Below are positions 31,046 through 41,920 of a stretch of 64,000 nt of DNA, one piece after another. Both the position numbers and the translations under genes were made by a program. The stretch is from Octopus sinensis (taxonomy: Eukaryota). Position 1 is the stretch's first letter; every line of letters starts with the position of its first letter. Location: contig NC_043001.1 in NCBI RefSeq assembly GCF_006345805.1, positions 87,420,001-87,484,000 on the forward strand, written 5' to 3'. Below the pieces are notes generated by a model that had not been told where the DNA came from, ran no database searches, and was given only the letters and a program-made list of their open reading frames with translations.

Positions 31046-31259
31046 TACACACACATAAATACATTTACTTTGAGAGAGATAATCTTTTCCAATAACAATG
31101 GTTGACTGTTGGGGACAGGGCAGGGGAAATAGGTGTTAATAAGAAAAAAATTCGTTTTTTTTTTTAAAGGATAGATTTAGTTTATGTTTAACTACTCTAC
31201 TTTGTGCCTTTGGCATACCAGAAATTATTATCAACATAGAAGAAATGGAGGGTATGTGG

Positions 31260-31342
31260 TATATATATTATATATATATATATTATATATATATAATATA
31301 TATATATATATGGGGTATGGTGTATGTATGTGAGTGTGGGTT

Positions 31343-31387
<45 letters not shown>

Positions 31388-31393
31388 TATATG

Positions 31394-31455
<62 letters not shown>

Positions 31456-31459
31456 TATA

Positions 31460-31521
<62 letters not shown>

Positions 31522-31540
31522 ATATATATATATATATAAA
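31260..31540. repeat. Long (TA)n microsatellite (others at 19335-19468, 25800-25900, 41875-41917, 57714-57757)
   Basis: Direct reading. Confidence 0.95.
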
Positions 31541-31973
31541 TGGAGTATGCGCATAGTGAGAGTGAAAGTTATGAGAGAGGGAAAGCGTGTGTGAATGAGT
31601 GTATAGGATATTGAGAGAGTGAGTGCATATTGTCTACCTGTGTCCTAATTACAAACAGGAAAGGAAGATGGCGACCACAGGTGAGTTTAAGGAAGTGACA
31701 TATATACTGTGTCCTCACAAAACGGGACACCGTTCTTTATTTGTTTCCATTTCTTATTTTATTTCTTACTTAAAACATTCTGAAGTTATTTACAGAAGGG
31801 AGTTCTATCTTTGAGAGCAAAAAATCAAAACTTTCCTACGTCGTATACAGCAGTGTGTCTGGTACGTGTTGTTTCTATGGACTGCCCTATATGAATGACT
31901 AACTTTAATGTTTTGTATATTTGAAAGGATTTAGACGGACTCGCTGAAATTTATATGAGAGAACGATCTGGAT

Positions 31974-32290
31974 GTTGTAATTATAGAACTTTTAGTATAA
32001 GTCCGATACATTTGAAGCAAAATTCAAAACACGTTGATTCCCAGGAATAATCAACATGAAAGAGAGGACCAAGAACTGGCCTTCTGAATTAGAGGTGGAG
32101 GACTGTGAACGTATTTTTAACGGGACACCGTTTGTAATTATAGAACTTTTAGTATAAGTCCGATACATTTGAAGCAAAATTCAAAACACGTTGATTCCCA
32201 GGAATAATCAACATGAAAGAGAGGACCAAGAACTGGCCTTCTGAATTAGAGGTGGAGAATTGTGAACGTACTTTTAACAGCCTCCGTTTG
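31974..32290. repeat. 157-bp tandem duplication
   Basis: ttatagaacttttagtataagtccg... starts at 31981 and 32138; copies identical over ~120 nt. Confidence 0.92.
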
Positions 32291-32587
32291 CTCAATCTCA
32301 ATCAGACAACTTGAAGCGACCCAAAACTATAGTAAGAGATAGACGCCCAACATGACGAAATCAGCTAGACCCTATGACTTCACTAATCTTACACACACAC
32401 TATTCTGTAACGTATTACGGACTTTCCTGTTAGTTTTTAAAGACCCTCATTTTCTGATCAGAATGCACAAATACATATAACCTTTTGCGATATACCCAAC
32501 TACTACGTACACATATACATACACATATTTTTTGACTCTCACATAAAATATCACAATATGTATATATATATTTGTATACATACATAC

Positions 32588-32618
<31 letters not shown>

Positions 32619-32769
32619 TGTGTGTGTGTGTGTGTGTGTGCGTGCGTGCGTGCGTGTGTGTGTCATCCATCTCAGCAAATGGGACATGGATGTTAAAGAT
32701 GATATATAAATATGTATGTGGGTGTATATATTGGTGCAGCTAGACGACACTCATCCCTTCCTCCCTACC

Positions 32770-33378
32770 ACAAAACCCGAGCTTTCGGATATTTTTTCTC
32801 AGTGGATTCCTAGGTTTTCGATGACGCATATTCCAAATATACAAAAGATCACGTTTTCAAAATTTTAAATCTACCCCCACCCCGCACGTTGATAAACATG
32901 AATTAAATCCTATTTTGGAAGTATGTTAAAGTTTTCAATAGACGTATGACGGAAAATTATTTAATATCGTGTTTGCTTCTATGAGAATCGTTTACCTTTA
33001 AAGCGAAAAAAACAAGACCGTCATATACAACAGGTATATGACTTGTTTCGGCCGTTCATTTTCAGTGAGCTGTAGAGATTGTTCCGTACGCGCACCCTTT
33101 ATTGCTGGGTGTCGAGGGGCGTGTGGATCAAATTTGGAGCTTTTCATATAAAATTTGAAATTCATTTTTCGTTTTCCATATTGTTAATCTCTGTATTTTC
33201 CCACGTAGATTGAAAAAAAATAAATAAACAAATAAATTCGAAAAAAGTTTAAAATGAAAAAATTGGGGTAGAGGGGATTTAAAATTTTGAAAACGTGATT
33301 TTTTTGCATATTCGGATTCTCCGTTATCGAAAACCTCGGAATTCTCTGAGAAAAAAAAATTCCGAAAGCTCGGTTTGT
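32770..33378. mobile_element. Foldback element with ~110-bp imperfect inverted arms
   Basis: 32770-32880 is the reverse complement of 33265-33378 (ccgagctttcgga...cacgttttcaaaattttaaatc). Confidence 0.7.
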
Positions 33379-33957
33379 GTGTGTGTGTGTTTGTGTGTGT
33401 GTCATCCAACCTAGTGTTTTCAAGTTCAGTTTCACTCTGAGTCTTCTATTTCAACTTCTAACCAAAATTTAGGTTATATTTGATAGACAAAGTGAAAGCA
33501 GCTCGTATGTATGTGTGTGTGTGTCTGAGTATACACAAATATATGTATATATAAACGCGGAGTTGGTGAAACAGGGACAGCTGAAGAAGGGGAATGTTCC
33601 TTGTGTTGTATGTCTTGTTTCTCTGTTTTTTTCCATGTTTGAAAAAAAGTTCGTTTCTATGTTTTTGTTTTTATGTTTTCTCATTGTGTTCAACGTTTTT
33701 TTGATGTCCTGTGTCCATATATGCATGTATATATACATATATATGTATGTATATATGTATATATATGTGTGTGTGTGTGTGCGGTTTAAGGGCACAAAAA
33801 TAGAGTTGCTCTTACCTTGAATTCCAAACAGGTACTGCTAACAGATCGTTCAGTTTCCAGCACAATATGTACATATACATAAAATATATGTATCTCCATT
33901 ACATATACATATATACATACATACATGCATATATATATATATATATATATATATTTG

Positions 33958-34700
33958 CAGGGTGTTTGGGATAAAATTGATGATTTTCATGTCCCCTTTT
34001 TTTTTTCAAGAACAAAGACATTGGAGAGCATAAAGATTAGAATTGTAGTTGAGAGAATGTTAGCTGACACGGAGGACTGGAAACCATCTGAATATTGGAA
34101 AAGAATCACCCCTATCATGATGATTTGTGCTGGGTTGTCTACTCCTCAATCCTCTGTGAACACTGTAAAGGCTGTTAAACATGGCATAGACATCATGAAC
34201 ACCAAGTTTCCCCAAACTGTGATGGTCTTTGGGTGTGTCTCCAATGAGGGTGACATCATGCTTCCCAACAATTTTTAACAGGGCCTTAGGTTCAATTTAG
34301 ATGTGAATGTGATGCTGCTGGAGACCTTGCTCAATTTCTGGCAAGAGAGGGTTGCTGCTGGAGGGCCATATGTGTAGCAGCAGGATTTGGGTCCTTGTCA
34401 TACCACCAGAAAGGGTTAGAAGTAGTTGCCAGAGAATTTCTACAACTTTACCAGCTCCAATTTCTGTCCTTCTAATTATCTTGATTGTAATTCCTCAGAT
34501 TACTATGTGTGGGATGCAGTTGAAAAAGACAGCAACCTGAGGCTGAGCTGGTGTTCAAGATGGAGGAGGTGATTGAAAATCTTCCCAGGGATACATTGAA
34601 GAATACATGCACCAGGTTCTGGAGCCATCTTGAGGCCATGGAAGAACTGACAGTAACTACTTCAAGTAAACTATTATCTCCCAACCATGATGTTGTTTTG
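33958..34700 (+). mobile_element. Internally deleted copy of the same family as 29099-31045
   Basis: Same cagggtgtttggg start and the same QTVMVFGCVSNEG and 3' remnants. Confidence 0.7.
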
Positions 34701-35459
34701 TTGTGAGTTCTTAGGAAATTCAAGGGATGATCACAGTGTGAAAACAGTTCCTGTCTGTATTTGTGAGCCACCATATATGACTGGTGGCAGGTTGTCCTCG
34801 TGTTATGCCATCTTGCTGCAAGATGCCCACAGACATGATCGAGTGCTACGAGGAAGCTGCTGGATTCTGGAACAGATGTCACCTGGAATTCACCATTGCC
34901 CTCCAGTTAGCCAGGTTGTGACCTTAGCACTACTGGTGTCAGACCTTTCTGCCTTGGGTGGCCCTACCAGGGACTTGAAGCCAATGCATGTTACTGATCT
35001 CCAGAAGCTGGATGTCTTTGATTTCTTCTGTATTTGTCGCCTTCTTCAACTTTGTATCTCAGAATGTAATTTGAACTGAAAGCTTTAAGCTTGCTGAGGT
35101 TCTTCACCTCTTGAGGAAACTCTTCTGACGAGGAGACTACAGTGATTTGGTCACATGTTGCAGCCCGCCCCCCATAACAAACTCATCTGGAAGACGATAG
35201 TTGCAGGTCCTCCCCTGGGTTAGCATAAGTAGAGAGGCAGTCAGCTGAAGATGTAATTCACTACAGTCAAAGCAGATATGGGACTCATTTCTAGCTCTCA
35301 AGTCTTTGGTGTGTGTTGCAGAATCAGCCACTGACAGACATGCGTGGACTACCTTGATCCATGATGTGGTGAACTCAATGGGAATCAGTTTAACCCCTCC
35401 TGGGTGAAATCTGTCAAAAGACATGAGAAGAACCATAATGTAGTTGATATTTTTTTATT

Positions 35460-35507
35460 TATATGTATATGCATATATACATATACATGTATGCATATAT
35501 ATATATG

Positions 35508-35542
<35 letters not shown>

Positions 35543-36024
35543 TATGCATATATATAATATATATATATATATATGCATATATATATATGCATTATATATA
35601 TGCATATATATATGCATATATTATATATATATATATAATGCATATATATAATGCATATATATATATGCATATATATATGCATATATATATATGCATATAT
35701 ATATATATTATATATATATATGCATATATATATATGCATATATATATGCATATATATTATATGCATATTATATATATATAATATATGCATAATATATATA
35801 ATATATATATATATACATACATATAGATGCATATATATATATATGCATATATATATATATGCATATATATATATATATATATATGCATATACATATATGC
35901 ATATATAATATGCATATATATATATATGCATATATATATATGCATATATAATATATATGCATATATATATATGCATATATATATATATATATATATGCAT
36001 ATATATTATATATATATATATATA

Positions 36025-36062
<38 letters not shown>

Positions 36063-36325
36063 TATATATATACATACATATAGATGCATATATATATACA
36101 TACAGATGCTTTTATATATATATATGTATATATATATGCATATATATATATGCATATATATATATATATGCAATATATATATACATACATATAGATGCAT
36201 ATATATATACATACAGATGCTTTTATATATATATAGTATATATATATGCATATATATATAGCATATATATATATAATATATATATATATGCATATATATA
36301 TACATACAGATGCATATATATATAT

Positions 36326-36399
<74 letters not shown>

Positions 36400-36458
36400 T
36401 ATATATGCATATATATATACATACAGATGCATATATATATACATACATATATATATAT

Positions 36459-36503
<45 letters not shown>
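35460..36503. repeat. ~1-kb interrupted (TA)n microsatellite with recurring GCA and catacagatgc inserts
   Basis: Direct reading; explains the overlapping YI/HI ORFs. Confidence 0.95.
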
Positions 36504-36504
<1 letters not shown>

Positions 36505-36699
36505 TAGCTGGTGTACCCAGTAATTCCTGGAATTACTGTCTTCTCAAGCATAGTTTGTTGGCCAATGATTGAAGGGTACTCTTAAATGGGCCAGTTATGC
36601 TACACTGGCATAGGCCATGGTTACAGTCTCATTTGGCTTGCTGGGTCTTCTCAAGCACAGCATATCTCTAAAGATCTCGGTCTCTTGTCATTGCCTCCG

Positions 36700-37210
36700 T
36701 GTGACCTAATCTTCAAAGGTCGTGCTTCACCACCTCATCCCAGGTCTTCTTGGGTCTACCTCTTCCACAGGTGCTTTCCACTGTTAGGGTGTGACACTTT
36801 TTACACAGCTGTCCTCATCAATTTGCAGCACATGACTATACCAGCACAGTCGTCTCTCTTGCACACCACATCTGATGCTTCTTATATTCAACTTTTCTCT
36901 CAGGGAACTTACACTCTGTCATGTATGCACATTGACATTACACATCCAGTGGAGCATACTAGCTTCATTTCTTGCAATCTTGCGTGCGTCCTCAGTAGTC
37001 ACAGCCCATGTTTCACTGCTGCGTAGTATGGCTGTTCGCACACATGCATCATACAGTCTTACCTTTCACTCTGAGCAAAAACCCTTTGCTACAAGCAGAG
37101 GTAGGATCTCTCTGAACTTTGCCCAGGCTATTTTTTTCCCCTGCATGTGATGGAAGCTGTTTTCTGCACATTTTCGGTGTTTATTGCTTCTGTGCATTTG
37201 CCACACACAA
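36700..37210 (-). mobile_element. RTE-clade fragment, same family as 1315-1580
   Basis: Reverse complement gives RTAILRSSETWAV...ARNEASMLHWMCNV. Confidence 0.78.
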
Positions 37211-37412
37211 AAACTAGTTTCACAGTTAGCACCTCTTATGTGTCCATAGCTTACACCTGGGTACATCTTATGGAGTTTCTACTTATGCCTTTTCTACAGA
37301 TTGAGTATAGATATGTATACATACGTATGTGTATATATATATATATATATATGCACATATATTCATGTAGATATACATGTGTGTACATATATACATACAT
37401 ACATACATATAT

Positions 37413-37446
<34 letters not shown>

Positions 37447-37836
37447 GGGCATCCAGCTGTAGAAACACTGCCAGATCAGACTGGAGCCTGGTGCAGCCTC
37501 CTGGTTTTCCAGACCCCAGTCGAACCGTCCAACCCATGCTAGCATGGAAAATGGACGTTAAACGATGATGATGATGATGTTGATGATATATATGTAGTTG
37601 ACAGATGAGATACAGATTTTCTCTATATAGAAGACATTTAGTAGTGCTCAAAAGATTCACAGTTACACTCCAATGTCTTTACAGGGGATCATTCCACAAG
37701 GTAAAGTAAGGCTATAAGGGGCATCACTGGTCACAAAGCATTTCTACAATATATATCTGTGTGTGAGTGTGTGACGCCATGATAGATCATTAGCTACTAC
37801 ACACATTTTTTTTCTCTCCTTGTTTTTTCTGTGTAC

Positions 37837-37872
37837 CTTTCTGTAGAAGAGCGTAGGCGCGAAACGTAAAAG
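37837..37872 (+). ncRNA. Degenerate minimal hammerhead-like motif within a Penelope-like repeat (~37770-37965)
   Basis: CUUU-CUGUAGA-A-GAGC-GUAG-GCGC-GAAACGUA|AAAG; A6 is replaced by U and helix II has one mismatch. Confidence 0.45.
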
Positions 37873-37964
37873 ACTTTTTCTATTCCTGAGCGCTATACTA
37901 ATACATCTGTTTGTTTGTACACCACCTGCCTTTGTCTTTTGTTTATTTTCGTAAACTTTCCCTT

Positions 37965-37997
<33 letters not shown>

Positions 37998-38320
37998 GCC
38001 TGAGTATAAATTTAGTAAAGTGAACTTATTCGTAGCAGATGTTCTCTTGACATCGTTCACACACACCTAACTAAGCTCAGAATTTACATCCCAAATTGTT
38101 ATCTAAAGTTGTGAAAATTAAAAGTAATTCAAATTTAATGTGTTCTTGTAACAATAAATTTCCGGGGCTAGAAATATTGTGGAAAATGTGAAATTCTTTG
38201 AGTAGGCATGTATTTTATGTGAAATCTGTTATGAACCCGAGTGATGAAATCTGCAATGAGCTCGAGTGATGAAATCTGGGATGAGCCTGAGTGACGCTGA
38301 AGAACTGGTGTCACCTCTGG

Positions 38321-38354
<34 letters not shown>

Positions 38355-39439
38355 GTCATAGGGAAATATTACCTTACTTGGAGACAAGTGAGGGTTGTTA
38401 ACAAGAAGAATGTCTGGCATACAAATTCTGCCTCAATGAAACCCATCTAACCCATGTAAACATAGAAAAATGGACGTTAAAACAATGATAATGATGATGA
38501 TGATGATGATAAATTAGAGATATATACTCTGGTCTTTAGATCTCCTCTAACATATGACTTTAGTCTTTCAAATTAGTTACAAATGAGGTTAGTTGAGCTT
38601 GTTAATGTATATCTAATTACAATTAGATACAGTTTAAAAGAGAGAGAGAGAGAGAGAGTACAGTCATTAACTTCTTTGAAAATCTGTAGCTAAGAATCGC
38701 AGACAACGTTTATTGTGAATCCAATTGTGGACAAGGATTTTACCCTTGAACTCACTGGACACATGATTTATTTATATCTTTTGTAAAGAATCTCTCATTC
38801 TTTTGTCCATTAAAGTTTTTGTAAAGAACCTCCCTCTCTTTCTCCTCTCTCTTTTTTGTTCTTTAATCATCATCATCATCATCATCGTTTAACGTCCGCT
38901 TTCCATGTTAGCATGGGTTGGACGGTTCAACTGGGGTCTGGGAAGCCAGGAGGCTGCACCAGGCCCAGTCTGATCTGGCAGTGTTTCTACAGCTGGATGC
39001 CCTTCCTAATGCCAACCACTCCATGAGTGTAGTGGGTGCTTTTTACATGCCAGCAGCACAGGTGCCAGGCAAGGCTGGCAACGGCCACGATCGGATGGTG
39101 CTTTAATGATTTTGTAAATAATTTTTTAAACTCAATCATGACTATTTGAATATTTTTAAGGTAACATTTCAATGTTTGTCACTGTTATTTCAGATATTTA
39201 ATGCCCTCTTTTGCTTTCACCTTTTGGAACATATTGATTATATTCAGCAAGCTAGAGCACTTTCCAATATCATATATATTTATACACACACCTACATATA
39301 TATGTGTGTGTATGTTACTTCATTGCTTCCTCAACTCTCTTTCTTTCTCTCTTTCTCTCTCTCACTTCCTCTGATATATGTATGTGTGTGTGTGTGTGTG
39401 TTGTGTGTGTGTGTGTGTGTGTGTGTGTATTAGGTTGTT

Positions 39440-39815
39440 TCACATGAAATGTCGTATTTGAAAGGTAACAATAAAATGTTTCAGAAGTGTTAGAGAACTG
39501 ACCATGTTCGTTTATGACATTTAACCAACGTTTCTTTATATCATATATTCCATCTTTAAAAAGAAATTCATCTTTTGTTGTGATAAATTGTCCGAATGCT
39601 TCAATTACCTCTTCTCTATTTAATAATATTTTATTGCTTATGAAAAGCTCAAAATGCTTAAATAAGTGATGATCAGTAGGAGAGAGATCAGGGGAATAGG
39701 GGGGATGTTGCAAAATCTCATTATTCAAGCTTTGCAACTTTTGAACTGTAGCTTGGTAAGTAAACTTTTTAACCACATAGCCATGTTTCAACTTGTTGTT
39801 CCCATGGTGCAAATT
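39440..39815 (-). mobile_element. Mariner transposase C-terminal fragment
   Basis: ILQHPPYSPDLSPTDHHLFKHF...GIYDIKKRW in the ORF track. Confidence 0.85.
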
Positions 39816-39914
39816 GAATCTAGGTGAAAGCCAGGATCCTCATCTCTTTTTTCTCACTTTTATGTTTTTTACAGTCTTTGCACTGTGACTGCTGTTGTTT
39901 GCAGAAAGAAACTG

Positions 39915-40059
39915 ATGATGACAATGAAGAAGATGGAGAAGGTGATTTGCTTGAAGTATTTGACTGCGGTGATATACATCGCTCTTCTACCTAAAGTTAA
40001 TAGCCAAAATGGTGGAAATACAAATGTTATCAGACCTGATGTTACTGAAAGTATTACAT
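39915..40059 (+). CDS. Membrane-protein coding exon 1, signal peptide (M..MEKVICLKYLTAVIYIALLPKVNS|QNGG...)
   Basis: Acceptor ttttttacag at 39874; in-frame ATGs at 39915, 39918, 39924 and 39933; two possible phase-1 donors (gtatgt at 40060, gtatta at 40051). Confidence 0.7.
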
Positions 40060-41872
40060 GTATGTATACATTACTTTGATAATTACTTTTGTTTTGGTAT
40101 TAATTTGTTAATTTATGCTGATGGTTCATGTAGGATTTGTGTATTTAAGATTAGATAGTTGATGAGAAGTAAAATTAAACCCTCAGGCGAGGTTTACTAT
40201 CAGGTCATTAAGAATGAAATGTCTAATTTTCTTATGCACCAAGTTTGACAGTCACTAACTTTAATGACAATTCTTTGTTTTACAACATTGAAGAGTTACA
40301 TCATCACTTTTCAAAATGCAATTCATAGGTTTTCTCTTGAAAATCAATTTTTGTGAACCCATGGATAAATAAAAAATTTATGTTGTTTATGAATATGAGT
40401 TCCGTTGTGAAACCAATGCATCAATAAGGTGTTTGGTGAAGATGTGGCAAATGAGCGGACTGTATGTTGATGGTCTGACAAGTTCCAGTCTGGTGACTTT
40501 ACTCTTGAAAATCAGCCTCGTGGTATACCTGAGACCAAGGTGGATAATGAGGAGCTGGGACCTGTAGTGGAGGTAGATACATCTCAAACTATGCATAAGT
40601 TAGCAGCAATGTTCGATGTTTTGATTCCAACTGTACTGGGCCATCTGAAATAAATCAGCAAGGTAAAGAAGCTGGACAAGTAGGTACCACACCAACTGAA
40701 TGAACATCAAATGACACGTCGTCTTGAAACTTGCAGTTCTTTGCTGTCACAGCATAAAAGCGAACCATTTTTGCATCATATTGTTTTGTGTGATGGAAAA
40801 TGGATTCTTTTCAACAATAGCAAGTGTTCTGCACAGTGGTTGGATAGAGACAAAGTGCCAAAACACAATCAAAAAAAGAATATTCACCACAAAAATCGAA
40901 TGCCTATTTGACGGTCTAGCACTGGTGTCAGCCATTACAGCTTCATGAGACCTGATAAGTCAATTACAGTGGATGTATACATCAACCAAGTGGATGAAAT
41001 AATGAATGTGTTTGCAATTAAACAACTGAGATTAGTCAATAGAGACAGGCCAAGTCTCTTGTAAAACATGCTCGACCACATGTTGCACAAAGAACGCTAC
41101 TCAAATTACAAGAACTGAACTTGAAAGTACTCTGTCATCCACCATATTCACCAGACTTTAAACCAACTGATTATCATGTTTTCCAGGCTTTAGACAACTT
41201 TTTGCAAGGAAAAAACTTCAAACCTGAAGAAGATGCAAAAATATCTATTGCGATTTCATCACCTCTTGCTCTCCAGAATTCTTTGCTGCTGGCATAAATA
41301 AGCTGCTGATAAAATGGCAAAATTGTGTCAATAATTTAGGTGCATACTTTGATTAACTGCATTGCTTTTTGTTGAGATGAACTAAAATAAACTTTCTGTT
41401 CAAAATTGGACATTTCATTCTTAATGACATGATATTTTTCGTCTTATGTTCTGTCTTCATACTTTCATTATATTTCTGTTGAAAAATGCTGCCTTTGTCT
41501 CAACTTATTTTGAAAATAAAGAAGAATTTAGTAAAGTAACTTTTTCATTATTGAGCTGGTGTTTCAACAAAAGCTAACATGAAACTTTGATGGAAGGTTT
41601 TAATTTAGATCATTTTAAAACAGAGTTTGTATCATTTAACCATGGATGCTCTTAGATAGCTTGGCATAAAAAAAGGGGTTAATATCCTGTTTATCTAATT
41701 AATTTGTATCTACAGATTAATTACTATTTTCTATCTTGTTATATCTAGTACAAGTCTACAAATTTGTAGGGTTGGAGGATATGGTCAAGTATTTCTCTCC
41801 CAGTATTTGTTATTATGTACATGGTGATGTTCCTTTAGAATAATAAAAGGTAAAGTTAGGTTTAGTAGGATA

Positions 41873-41920
<48 letters not shown>

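Noticed and set aside
33040-33066. Minus-strand CUGAAAA-ugaacggcc-GAAAC-AA-GUC
   Set aside because: G8 is missing, helix II cannot pair and helix I is absent.
34900-35440. GC-richer segment with 99-130 aa ORFs (similar character at 16380-16720)
   Set aside because: No splice-consistent or recognisable protein; probably decayed LINE 5' regions, family not assignable by eye.
35404-36572. Many long ORFs rich in Y/I/H/M/C (also 2327-2850, 2878-3469, 19272-19507, 31342-31594)
   Set aside because: Translations of (TA)n, (CA)n and tetranucleotide microsatellites, which lack stops in several frames.
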